Made by a program: the position numbers and the translations under genes
NCBI GenBank assembly: GCA_016207245.1
Contig: JACQQA010000007.1
Location: 1 to 60,936, forward strand
Source: Candidatus Magasanikiibacteriota bacterium
Lineage (GTDB): Bacteria; Patescibacteriota; Patescibacteriia; Magasanikbacterales; UBA922
Direction: 5' to 3'
Length of the DNA: 60,936 nucleotides
Shown here: positions 1-8,915 of the stretch, piece after piece
Layout: each line of letters opens with the position of its first letter
How positions within the stretch are numbered: position 1 is the stretch's first letter
Notes under the pieces: model-generated
Told to the model about the DNA's origin: nothing
What the model saw: the letters and a program-made list of their open reading frames with translations, nothing else
Database searches by the model: none

Positions 1-140
1 GAGCCTTCGCAGGCGAAGCAATCCACACCGTTATCGCGTTCCCATGCGATTGCTGGATTGCTTCGTCGCGCGAGCTCCTCGCAATGACTGATTTGCCACA
101 TAAAGCTCGTAAAAGTATAAACAACGCGACTAATTCTTAC
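1..140. repeat. Window-truncated copy of a nested palindromic MITE-like element (inverted copy of 10050-10189)
   Basis: The reverse complement of 1-140 matches 10050-10189 at 139/140 positions, checked base by base. The inner core ends ...cctcgcaatgac at 88 (family-A terminus). The outer arm is 115-140. Confidence 0.9.
93..121 (+). promoter_or_regulatory. Sigma70-like promoter carried by the repeat element, reading into the first cluster gene
   Basis: TTGCCA (93-98), 17 nt spacer, TATAAA (116-121), 29 nt upstream of the ATG at 150. Confidence 0.4.
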
Positions 141-149
141 ATATAAAGT

Positions 150-1583
150 ATGAAAAATTTACCTCTCAATCCAAAAACAGAACTTTTTCGCTGGGGACCG
201 ATACCGGGCAGATTTTTGTATTGTTCGGTTTTTGTTGATATCAACGTAAAACCATTCCGAAAAAAGTATGGCGGTTTTGGCTGGCCGCGCACTTTATTTT
301 TATTCGGCGGCGATAAGCGGATGTTATGGATTGACGAGTATCCGGCCTTGCGCCGCGAGTGTTTGAAAGTCTTTATCAATTATTTACTGCCCGCAAAAAC
401 AAGAAAAAAAATTTATCGTCAGTGGCATGAGGAGATTAAAAGACTCTTGCGTTGGCACAAGCGTATTGAGTCTGTTGATTTGCGCGCGTTAACCAATAAA
501 GAGCTGTTATTTTTTTGGCGCGGATATCACAAAGATTATCGCGATTTTTGGATTGATGGCATGGTTCCGGAATTGGGCGGATATGGCGCTGATAAATTAT
601 TTGAAGAAAAGCTGAAAAATTTTGTGTCGGATGATGAGCTTAACGGCGTGTTGGAAATCTTGACGGCGCCGACCCGTTTGTCTTTTTATCAAGAAGAAGA
701 AAGGGATTTGGCGCGGACAAAAGATTTAAACAAACATCAGCGCGGATATTTTTGGTTAAAAAACAGTTATGCCGGAACGGAGATTTTGCCGGTAAAATTT
801 TTTAAGGACAGACAGCTGTCATTGCGAGGAAGCGCCGATGAGGCGCTGACGAAGCAATCCAGTCATCGTGTTCGTGTCGCGATGATTAAACAGAGAAAAT
901 TTGACCTGTGTAAAAAGTATGGTCTGTCAAATGAAATAATGGATATCTCGGAAGCGATTAGTATGGGAATTGCTTGGCAGGACGAACGGAAGAAATATAT
1001 TTTTATTACTCTTCACTATCAGGATTTACTGTTGAAAGAAGTGGGCCGACGTTTTGGATACGATAAAGACGATTTGTTAAATACGTGGTATTATGAGATT
1101 GACAAGATTATCGCCGGCCAAGATTTACGCGGTATTTTGCGCCAGCGGCGGAATGGCGTCGGTGTTGATTTTTTTCGTTCCTGCCGGACGCTTGTCGGCT
1201 CCGAAGTCAAAAGGTTGTGGAAAAAATACGAATATGACGCGCGGGACGATTTATCAGACGTTATCAGCGGATTGGTAGTCAGCAAGGGAAGCGGTTCGGC
1301 AGTACGCGGACGAGCGCGAATATTATTAGACCCAAGCCGAGCGGATGAATTTAAGACAGGAGAGATATTAGTGGCGCCAATGACCAGCCCGGAGTATATC
1401 TTTGCCATGCGAAAAGCGGCGGCAATTGTTACCGATGCCGGCGGCTTGACTTGCCATGCCGCGATTGTGAGCAGAGAATTGGGGATTCCCTGTATTGTGG
1501 GCACGAAAATAGCGACAAAAGCGTTGGAAGATGGTGATTTAGTGGAGGTTGATGCGAATCACGGAACAGTGAAAAAGTTATGA
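150..1583 (+). CDS. PEP-utilizing-enzyme mobile-domain protein (swivel-His subunit, paralog 1)
   Basis: C-terminal phosphohistidine domain GEILVAPMTSPEY...AIVTDAGGLTCHAAIVSRELGIPCIVGT. The roughly 380-aa N-terminal domain is weakly paralogous to ORFs 1588, 3667 and 5155. There is no ATP-grasp or TIM-barrel domain. Confidence 0.85.
   Translation: MKNLPLNPKTELFRWGPIPGRFLYCSVFVDINVKPFRKKYGGFGWPRTLFLFGGDKRMLWIDEYPALRRECLKVFINYLLPAKTRKKIYRQWHEEIKRLLRWHKRIESVDLRALTNKELLFFWRGYHKDYRDFWIDGMVPELGGYGADKLFEEKLKNFVSDDELNGVLEILTAPTRLSFYQEEERDLARTKDLNKHQRGYFWLKNSYAGTEILPVKFFKDRQLSLRGSADEALTKQSSHRVRVAMIKQRKFDLCKKYGLSNEIMDISEAISMGIAWQDERKKYIFITLHYQDLLLKEVGRRFGYDKDDLLNTWYYEIDKIIAGQDLRGILRQRRNGVGVDFFRSCRTLVGSEVKRLWKKYEYDARDDLSDVISGLVVSKGSGSAVRGRARILLDPSRADEFKTGEILVAPMTSPEYIFAMRKAAAIVTDAGGLTCHAAIVSRELGIPCIVGTKIATKALEDGDLVEVDANHGTVKKL
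818..863. repeat. Family-A half element inserted in frame in paralog 1
   Basis: gtcattgcgaggaagcgccgatgaggcgctgacgaagcaatccagt, translated as SLRGSADEALTKQSS. It is near-identical to 3025-3071. Confidence 0.8.
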
Positions 1584-1587
1584 TATT

Positions 1588-3057
1588 ATGATAGACATCA
1601 ATCATTTATTAAAAAAGAAATGGTATTTCCAGGGGTTTAACGGCACGCCGAGTTTGTTGTATGGGCCGGCTTTTTCCATGATTCGCGATATGCCGGAATT
1701 ATTGGGGTTTGGTTATTCCGCCTGTATTGAATATTTTGAAAAAGATGTTTGTTATTATCTTTACGCCTGGGACGATCTTTACGCGATTTTAGATAAATTG
1801 CTGGAACATTACAAAAATGATAAGGGGTATTTGGATTATTTGTTAAAAGAAAATGAGCGAATTTGCAGTGAAGTCTTGGCGGAATATAAACAGATTGGAA
1901 ACAAGAATTGGAAAAATTTGAGCGCGGAAGAACTATTCGCTTTGTGGAAAAAATCAGACCGATTATACGCGCATTTGTTGGCCGTATCTCACATTGTTGA
2001 GGGGTTTACTTTAACAACCGAAAATCGCATACGGGAATTAATAGAAGTTGAGTTTGGCAAGGATTTTTTAGATAAAATCTTGCTTCTCACTGCGCCGCCG
2101 CGCCATTCTTTTTTAGCGACAGAGCGCTATGAGCTGTGTTTGATCGCCCGTGAGATTAAATTGGAGAGCAAAGGCGCGACGAAAAAGATAAAAATCCATC
2201 AAGAAAAATATTATTGGAAATTGAACAGCTATACTTCAGCCAAAATAGTTTCAGTTGAGGATTTCATGACCGAAATAGAAGAAATTCTGGCCAAGAATAT
2301 AGACATAGATAAAATTATCGCTGATTACGAATTTTTACCAAAACAAATATTAAAAAAAGAAAAATTGCGTCAAACAATAAAGAGCGAAGAGCTTTTAACT
2401 TTGCTGGCCATTAATGATATAATTTTCAGTATTCATGACCGGAGAAAAGAGTGCATGACGCAGGCGATTCATTATTTGGATTTTTTAATGGCTGAAATCG
2501 GACGGCGATTTAATCTCCCTCTGTATGATTTAAGATATATTCGCGCCAGCGAGTTGGACCAACTGCCAAACATCGCCGAAGAGCTTCGTTCCCGCAGGGA
2601 GCGGAGTTTGTATGTCGTCCTGCCCGGCGGGAAAGAAGCGCTTTTTATAGGAGATGAAGCGGAAAATTTATTTAAAACTTTAGAAAAAACTGACGCTGAA
2701 AACAAATCCAGCGTGGAAATTTTAAGAGGGAATTGCGCTTCTCCGGGTAAGGTGACTGGCATTGTTAAAATTTGCCGAGGCGAAGTGGAACTTGGCAAGG
2801 TCAATGATGGAGATATATTGGTAGCCTGTATGACCCAGCCGGAATTTTTGCCGGCAGTTAAAAAAGCCAAAGCGATTATCACTGACGAAGGCGGCATCAC
2901 TTGCCATGCGGCCATTGTTTCCCGCGAGCTGGGTATCCCTTGCGTCATCGGCACAAAAATCGCGACGAAAGTGCTGAAAGACGGCGATGAGGTTGAAGTG
3001 GACGCGAATCACGGGGTGGTCACCGTCATTGCGAGGAAAGCGCCGATGAGGCGCTGA
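1588..3057 (+). CDS. PEP-utilizing-enzyme mobile-domain protein (swivel-His subunit, paralog 2)
   Basis: C-terminal GDILVACMTQPEF...AIITDEGGITCHAAIVSRELGIPCVIGT. It starts 4 nt after the previous stop. Confidence 0.85.
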   Translation: MIDINHLLKKKWYFQGFNGTPSLLYGPAFSMIRDMPELLGFGYSACIEYFEKDVCYYLYAWDDLYAILDKLLEHYKNDKGYLDYLLKENERICSEVLAEYKQIGNKNWKNLSAEELFALWKKSDRLYAHLLAVSHIVEGFTLTTENRIRELIEVEFGKDFLDKILLLTAPPRHSFLATERYELCLIAREIKLESKGATKKIKIHQEKYYWKLNSYTSAKIVSVEDFMTEIEEILAKNIDIDKIIADYEFLPKQILKKEKLRQTIKSEELLTLLAINDIIFSIHDRRKECMTQAIHYLDFLMAEIGRRFNLPLYDLRYIRASELDQLPNIAEELRSRRERSLYVVLPGGKEALFIGDEAENLFKTLEKTDAENKSSVEILRGNCASPGKVTGIVKICRGEVELGKVNDGDILVACMTQPEFLPAVKKAKAIITDEGGITCHAAIVSRELGIPCVIGTKIATKVLKDGDEVEVDANHGVVTVIARKAPMRR

Positions 3058-3071
3058 CGAAGCAATCCAGT
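3025..3071. repeat. Family-A half element forming the C-terminal tail and stop codon of paralog 2
   Basis: gtcattgcgaggaaagcgccgatgaggcgctgacgaagcaatccagt. It has one extra A compared with 818-863 and is read as VIARKAPMRR-stop. Confidence 0.8.
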
Positions 3072-3083
3072 AATTAAACAATT

Positions 3084-3689
3084 ATGACTCTGTATCTTTG
3101 GGACATGGCAAATACATTATTTCCGGAAAAATGGAACCCGGAAATTACCGGCTTTGCTGATTTTGGGGCATATGTTAAGTCGCTTGGCGTGGATGCAGAA
3201 AACCCGCGTGTTTTTGAGGAATGCTATAAAGAGCCCTATATCCACGGCGAGAGATTTAATTTGCGAATCGCGGACGGGTTCGCTGATGTATTGAGCTGGA
3301 CAAAACACAACGAAACATTTACTACCGGCATTCGCGAGCAAATGGACTGGCGCGCGGAATACTTAAATCTCAAAGTCGGGTTTGATATTATAAAATATTT
3401 TCAGAAAATCATTTCAACTTTTGATTTCGGCGAAACGAATGTTAAAACACAGGAGATGTTGGAAAAATATCTTGCGCGGAGAAAAAGCGATGGTTATAAT
3501 GCGGTTGTCTATACAGACGATAAATTAGCAAATTGCGAAATGTTTAAGAAAGCCGCGGAGAGTGTGGGCATTTCATTCCGGGTGTATAATATGAAAAATG
3601 ACAGCGGCGGTTTAAGAAATGAAGGATGGTATTGGGAGATTGGGAATTTGTATGATTTATTGAAAAATGAAAAAAATTATGAAAAATAG
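3084..3689 (+). CDS. Hypothetical protein, possibly a degenerate HAD-like hydrolase
   Basis: N-terminal LYLWDMANTLF resembles HAD motif I (DxDxT) with the second Asp replaced. The late VVYTDDKL resembles motif IV. This is weak motif-level evidence only. Confidence 0.3.
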   Translation: MTLYLWDMANTLFPEKWNPEITGFADFGAYVKSLGVDAENPRVFEECYKEPYIHGERFNLRIADGFADVLSWTKHNETFTTGIREQMDWRAEYLNLKVGFDIIKYFQKIISTFDFGETNVKTQEMLEKYLARRKSDGYNAVVYTDDKLANCEMFKKAAESVGISFRVYNMKNDSGGLRNEGWYWEIGNLYDLLKNEKNYEK

Positions 3690-5139
3690 AAATCTTCGCG
3701 TTTATGAACGAGCGTCGCTTTATCCGCAAAGTATTGCTTATTATTTTGAAATGTTTTATTTTTTGACCAGCGAGTATCCTTACCTGGCGAAGTTTTGGGA
3801 AGTGGTGGCTTCTATCCGCGGATATTTTTATTGGGCGCGGGATACGGACTATTTAGAAAAGGCCGCGAGGAAGTGGTTTAATAATTGGCTGGCTGATCCG
3901 CAAGAGAGAAAGAGGATCTACAGTTTATTTTTTCGGGATAAACAGGATTTACACAAAGTAGTTGTTCCTCTGGGGGGCAAAGATCTGGCGCGGCTTGGAA
4001 ATAAAGAATTATTTAAAGTTTACCAGACCGTGATTGATTTCGCGTTAAAGCACATTTGTTACGCGGAATACACCGTGGATTTGTTTGATGATTATTTTGC
4101 GAAGTTTTTTATTGAGCACCTGCGAAAGAATAAGGCGGCGCTGTCTGGCGATGATTTAAACTCTTGTATTCAGCCGGCGACAATTTCAGCTAACGCTGAT
4201 TATAGGCGGAAGATAATAAAATTGTCTTTTGCTAAAAAATTGCCAAAACACAAAATTAGCGGTCTCGTTAAACAATATAGCTGGATTCGCATGAGTTGGG
4301 ACGGCGCGAATGAGCTTGAGATTAAAGATATTTTGGCGGACATCAGTGAATTAAGAAAGACCAGCCGTGAGCAGCTTCTGCTAGAGTTAAAAAATATTGA
4401 GACATTGCCGGAAACGGTTAGACAAAAACGAAATAGTTTGATTGTGAAACTCGGCATAGAAACAAAATTAGTATTGCCGTTTTTTGAGCTGCTGGATAAT
4501 TTTGGCTTGTTTCACGATTACAGAAAAGAAATACAAATGAGGAGCAATCAAATTATTTTTAGAGTTTTGCGTGAAATTCCCAAACGATTCGGTTTGTCGT
4601 TTGAAGATCTGATGTGGTATTTTAATGATGAGATAAAGAATTTGTTATTAAAAAATGTAATGGTGCCGAGCGAAATAATCGCTGAACGGAAAGAAGGACT
4701 GGTTTTTCATATTCATAAAAATAAAATAAAAAAATATTTCGGAAGAAAAGCGGTTAAAAAATTGGAAGAGCTGGTTTTGTCTGCAATGAGGGCTGATGAT
4801 ACCAAAGAAATAAGAGGCGTTCCGGCCAGTATCGGTAAGACCTCCGGAACTGTGTTTGTGTGCAAAGATGCCGGTGTCGCCAATATCAGCATGCCAAAAG
4901 GAGCGATTCTGGTTACTTCGATGACCACAATTGATTTCATACCGTCAATGAGGCGTGCCAAAGCTGTGGTAACAGATGATGGTGGGGCAACCTGCCACGC
5001 GGCGGTCGTTTCTCGGGAATTTGGCATCCCCTGCGTTGTTGGCGCCAAAGTCGCGACGCAATTGTTGAAGACGGGAGACGTGGTGGAGGTAGATGGACGG
5101 AAAGGGATTGTGAAAATTATTTTAAGGAGAGAGAATTAA
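3667..5139 (+). CDS. PEP-utilizing-enzyme mobile-domain protein (swivel-His subunit, paralog 3)
   Basis: C-terminal GAILVTSMTTIDF...AVVTDDGGATCHAAVVSREFGIPCVVGA. It overlaps the upstream ORF by 23 nt. Confidence 0.85.
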   Translation: MKKIMKNRNLRVYERASLYPQSIAYYFEMFYFLTSEYPYLAKFWEVVASIRGYFYWARDTDYLEKAARKWFNNWLADPQERKRIYSLFFRDKQDLHKVVVPLGGKDLARLGNKELFKVYQTVIDFALKHICYAEYTVDLFDDYFAKFFIEHLRKNKAALSGDDLNSCIQPATISANADYRRKIIKLSFAKKLPKHKISGLVKQYSWIRMSWDGANELEIKDILADISELRKTSREQLLLELKNIETLPETVRQKRNSLIVKLGIETKLVLPFFELLDNFGLFHDYRKEIQMRSNQIIFRVLREIPKRFGLSFEDLMWYFNDEIKNLLLKNVMVPSEIIAERKEGLVFHIHKNKIKKYFGRKAVKKLEELVLSAMRADDTKEIRGVPASIGKTSGTVFVCKDAGVANISMPKGAILVTSMTTIDFIPSMRRAKAVVTDDGGATCHAAVVSREFGIPCVVGAKVATQLLKTGDVVEVDGRKGIVKIILRREN

Positions 5140-5154
5140 ATAAATTAACATCAT

Positions 5155-6696
5155 ATGCCGTTAAAATATATTTTTGACCGAGATAAAATGTTTATTTGGC
5201 CGTTCTATATCTCGGATTTGACAATTACCGGCGATGTGCAGGAAATTTGCGGAGGTAAGATTGCCGAGTCGTTCGCGATCATTGAGAATGATTTTTTTAA
5301 GCTTTATATAGACGCGCCCTCATGCCGCCAAACCAGCGAATCTGTTTTTAATCGCATAATGGCGGATAAAAAATATTTTAAGCGGGTAGTTAAGAACATT
5401 TATCGTTATAGCAAAGATTTGGAGCGGTTTAGCAGGAAGATAAAAAAGATTTCTGTCACCAAATTAGCGGACGACAAATTGGTTAGTCTATTAGCCGTTT
5501 ATATAAAAAAATTAAGAATCATCCGCGCTTGGGGCTGGGTGCCGGTTTTCTTGGATGCTTTGGAAAAGAGCTATCTGACGGAATACATTCAGGAAGAACT
5601 GCAGAAGATTTTGCGAGCGAAAAATTTATCAAATAAAATGGGCGAATATTATTCTGTTTTGACATCCAGCGAGAAAAAAAGCGAGGTGCAAAGAGAAGAA
5701 TTGGCTCGACTGAACTTACTTTTGGAAGTATTAAAACACAAAAAATCAGATGAGATTGCCGCGGCTATCAAAAATAATCAAGCTTTAATTATTAAACAGG
5801 AATCTCCGGCAGTTTATGGATTGTTGGAAAAACATTTAAGAAAATTCGGCTGGCTTACCTATGCTTATGACGGTCCGGTGATGCAAATGAACTATTTGTT
5901 AAAAACTTTGGGTGATAATTTGTTAAAGAGCGATATATCTGATCAGAAAAAAATTCTTTTGGAATATTATAAAAATATTAAAAAAGAAAAGAAAAAATTG
6001 ATCAAAAATTTAGATTTGCCAAAAAGTTCGATTTATCCGATGAACGTGTCGGCGGAGCTAATGTACATAAAGGATTATCGCAAGGGCGTCTATCAAAAAT
6101 CTTATGTGGCAATGGATAAGGTGTTGGAAGAGCTCGCCAAAAGATTACAGATGTCTTTATATGAAATTAAGTACATGGTTTTTGATGAAATTAAAGACGC
6201 GCTGCTTGGTGGTACGGCAGATAAATATCGCGATTTATTAAAAATAAGGACAAAGAAGTGTTGTTATCTGGCTGTTGATGGGAGGATTACTGTGTGGGAA
6301 GGAGAGGAGTGCGAAAAGAAGATTTCGGAAAAAATAGGAAGAGAAAAAACTCTAGAAGCAATGCCAGCAGATCAAAAAGAAATTAAAGGGCTGGTGGCCT
6401 TTGGCGGCAAGGCGAGAGGAAAAGTAAAAATCGTTTTGGTGGAGAAAGATGTGGCTAAGGTACAAGAAGGCGACATACTTGTGTCTTCTGCGACCAACCC
6501 GGATTTAATCATAGCCATGAAAAAGTGCAGCGCTATTGTGACAGACACCGGAGGAATCGTCTCTCACGCCGCAATAATTTCTCGCGAATTAAAAAAGCCA
6601 TGCGTTGTCGGCACAAGAATCGCCACCCACCTGCTCAAAGATGGCGATTTAGTGGAGGTTGATGCCGACAGAGGTGTAGTTGTAAAATTAAATTGA
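5155..6696 (+). CDS. PEP-utilizing-enzyme mobile-domain protein (swivel-His subunit, paralog 4, most divergent)
   Basis: C-terminal GDILVSSATNPDL...AIVTDTGGIVSHAAIISRELKKPCVVGT, where the TCH motif has become VSH. Confidence 0.8.
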   Translation: MPLKYIFDRDKMFIWPFYISDLTITGDVQEICGGKIAESFAIIENDFFKLYIDAPSCRQTSESVFNRIMADKKYFKRVVKNIYRYSKDLERFSRKIKKISVTKLADDKLVSLLAVYIKKLRIIRAWGWVPVFLDALEKSYLTEYIQEELQKILRAKNLSNKMGEYYSVLTSSEKKSEVQREELARLNLLLEVLKHKKSDEIAAAIKNNQALIIKQESPAVYGLLEKHLRKFGWLTYAYDGPVMQMNYLLKTLGDNLLKSDISDQKKILLEYYKNIKKEKKKLIKNLDLPKSSIYPMNVSAELMYIKDYRKGVYQKSYVAMDKVLEELAKRLQMSLYEIKYMVFDEIKDALLGGTADKYRDLLKIRTKKCCYLAVDGRITVWEGEECEKKISEKIGREKTLEAMPADQKEIKGLVAFGGKARGKVKIVLVEKDVAKVQEGDILVSSATNPDLIIAMKKCSAIVTDTGGIVSHAAIISRELKKPCVVGTRIATHLLKDGDLVEVDADRGVVVKLN

Positions 6697-6700
6697 TTTT

Positions 6701-7204
6701 ATGAAAATTCTTCTTATTTCCGACAGCCACGATAATATATTTAATCTGGAAAAAGTTTTGCGATGGGCTGGCAGTATCGGCATACAACACATTATTCACG
6801 CCGGCGATATCTGCGCTCCGGGGGTGGTCACCAAAACATTTTCGCCGTTACTTGGCGGACAGATGCATATTGTTTTTGGCAATGTTGGCGACCGAGAGTT
6901 GTTGGAGCAGTACTGCGCGAAAACAAACAATATTAAGTATTACGGAGATTTTGGCGAAGTGGAGCTAGATAATAAAAAAATTGCTTTTGTCCATTTTAAG
7001 GAAAAGGCGGAGGCATCGGCGAAAACCGGTAAATATGATTTGGCGGTGTTTGGCCATTCACACCAGTCGGAAGTTTATAAAATTGGGCAGACACAGCTGG
7101 TTAATCCCGGCACAATCGGCGGATTATATAATCGGGCGAGTTTCGCCGTATATGATACCAAGAATGAGAAAGTTGATATTGAATTTTTAGACCAGCTTCC
7201 CTAA
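6701..7204 (+). CDS. YfcE/MJ0936-family metallophosphoesterase
   Basis: MKILLISDSHDN, HAGD, GNVGD, FGHSH and NPG motifs appear in the canonical order. Length is 167 aa. Confidence 0.8.
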   Translation: MKILLISDSHDNIFNLEKVLRWAGSIGIQHIIHAGDICAPGVVTKTFSPLLGGQMHIVFGNVGDRELLEQYCAKTNNIKYYGDFGEVELDNKKIAFVHFKEKAEASAKTGKYDLAVFGHSHQSEVYKIGQTQLVNPGTIGGLYNRASFAVYDTKNEKVDIEFLDQLP

Positions 7205-7231
7205 ATACTCAGTTTTTAACTCTTCTTTTTC

Positions 7232-7260
7232 TTGCTTTTACTGAGTTTTGGTATTATACT
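7232..7260 (+). promoter_or_regulatory. Sigma70-like promoter for the 7303-9947 block
   Basis: TTGCTT (7232-7237), 17 nt spacer, TATACT (7255-7260). It lies in the only sizeable gap (98 nt) of the cluster. Confidence 0.4.
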
Positions 7261-7302
7261 TAAAAACAACTAAGTACTCATTGTTTTTAATTAAAAAACA
7301 CC

Positions 7303-8226
7303 ATGGAAAGAGAACACGCGATAGATGGTGCCATTGATGCGGTGCGAGAACGAGAAAAATACCACTCTAAGACTGTACTTGAGTGGCATCGGCACGGTCT
7401 CAAGGACGGAGACAAATTATCTTTACCAGGCAGAGAAAAAGCTGCTGCGGAAAGCGCGGAAAGCAGGATTTTGGTCAATAGAGGCGTGCCCACTCTCGCT
7501 ATAGGCAGTGATAAGTTGCGGACACAAGAAACAGCGGGCCTGCTTTTGCATGGAGATAAGTTAGAACCCGAGTTCGTCACTGCTTATGAAAACGTGGATG
7601 GCTTGGTAAAAAAAATTAATGCTGATTACGGCGTAAAAGTTGGGACGAAAATCGCGAAAGACAAGAGACTCGGCTTTAATTTCGCGGAAGGCGAATATAA
7701 GACGGCCGCTTATGCCGCCGATGGCCGCAAAGAATTTTTGAAATGGACAGTGGAAGAAAGCGACAGTTTGGCTGAAAAATGCGGCGATCGGCAGTCGTCA
7801 TCTTATCGTCGCATAGCATCTTCAGTAAGTGAGTTTGTCTTGAAATATGTGCAAGTTGAAAAAAATTTTGATAGACTATTAAAGAGGAAGCGGGATGAGG
7901 ACGTTTCTTTGAAACAAGAGATTGCGGACACCATGCAAAGAATAGTGGTATCTCATTCCGGAGTGATAGATGTATTTTTGGCGAAAGTGATTGAAGATAG
8001 CAAAGGCATCAACGCGCGGGATGAATTTGTAAAAGCGTTGGGCGATTCCGGCTTTGCTCCGCTGGAGGGCTTTAGTATGGAGATTATAACGAATACGGTT
8101 GGCAGTGAGCCGATTATTAAAATTGATTATGATAAAAAGGATGACGAGGGAAAGATTGTTTTTAGCTTCCACGAAAGTATGAATTCGGAATTTTTTAAGA
8201 GAATTGTTGAGGCGGAGAGAAAATAA
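7303..8226 (+). CDS. Histidine-phosphatase (phosphoglycerate-mutase-like) superfamily protein
   Basis: RHG motif (EWHRHGLKDGD) near the N-terminus and a second catalytic-His motif VVSHSGVIDVF. Confidence 0.5.
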   Translation: MEREHAIDGAIDAVREREKYHSKTVLEWHRHGLKDGDKLSLPGREKAAAESAESRILVNRGVPTLAIGSDKLRTQETAGLLLHGDKLEPEFVTAYENVDGLVKKINADYGVKVGTKIAKDKRLGFNFAEGEYKTAAYAADGRKEFLKWTVEESDSLAEKCGDRQSSSYRRIASSVSEFVLKYVQVEKNFDRLLKRKRDEDVSLKQEIADTMQRIVVSHSGVIDVFLAKVIEDSKGINARDEFVKALGDSGFAPLEGFSMEIITNTVGSEPIIKIDYDKKDDEGKIVFSFHESMNSEFFKRIVEAERK

Positions 8227-8240
8227 GATTTGGCCGCATT

Positions 8241-8582
8241 ATGATAAGAATTATTGATAAAAGAATTATCGTGTCAGAATTGCGTAAATTCTTAAATCAG
8301 CCGTTTCCGGAAATGATTAAATTTGTTGTTGACATAGAAAAAGAAATTTTGGCTTTGGGCGGTGAGGTGCACGCCGATGCGGAAGAAGCGCTTCTAGAAA
8401 ATGGTTCTGAACAAAAAAATCTATGGGGCGGGAATGTTTACCCGGATGCTATAGGCGAAAAATTAAAATACAATTCTTTAATCAATATCCGTCCATCGCA
8501 AAACAATCGCAGTTTAGATGTCCAAGATGAGTCATTGAAAAATAAAATTAAAGTGATTGTCTACAAATTATTACCCTTGTGA
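8241..8582 (+). CDS. Hypothetical protein
   Basis: Open frame tightly packed in the cluster. I recognise no motif. Confidence 0.5.
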   Translation: MIRIIDKRIIVSELRKFLNQPFPEMIKFVVDIEKEILALGGEVHADAEEALLENGSEQKNLWGGNVYPDAIGEKLKYNSLINIRPSQNNRSLDVQDESLKNKIKVIVYKLLPL

Positions 8583-8914
8583 ATCAGCTACACCCAAACT
8601 TAAATCCAGCAAAGTGGGGTAGTTTGCCGAAGGATAGGCAGATTTTGAATATCGCGTCGGAGTTTACGCGCGCGAAGCAATGGCTTGAACAGGATAATAG
8701 ACAGTATGCCGGCCATAGTTTAGATAGGGTTTTAGAGTTGGTGGATTTAACAATTCAGGATAAAAATTGCGGCAGAGGTTTTTTTCATGAACTTCTTCGC
8801 TGGAGAGAGCAGGTTGGCGTGTTGTATGTTGGCGCGCAAATGAAAACAGAGGCAAATTTACTGCTTAGATCATTGTTAGATTCTTTACCACAGACTTCAA
8901 TAATTCAAACTTGA
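8579..8914 (+). CDS. Hypothetical protein
   Basis: The GTG start overlaps the upstream stop (GTGA), and the gene ends 1 nt before the next gene. No motif recognised. Confidence 0.45.
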   Translation: MNQLHPNLNPAKWGSLPKDRQILNIASEFTRAKQWLEQDNRQYAGHSLDRVLELVDLTIQDKNCGRGFFHELLRWREQVGVLYVGAQMKTEANLLLRSLLDSLPQTSIIQT

Positions 8915-8915
8915 T

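Noticed and set aside
1091-1504. A 137-aa minus-strand ORF, with many similar antisense or overlapping ORFs in the track (for example 2472-2954, 4713-5048, 9288-9551, 21051-21605, 31764-32054, 37647-37922 and 51885-52139).
   Set aside because: All of these lie entirely inside well-supported genes on the other strand or in another frame. They have low-complexity translations and no recognisable motifs, so I treat them as shadow ORFs.
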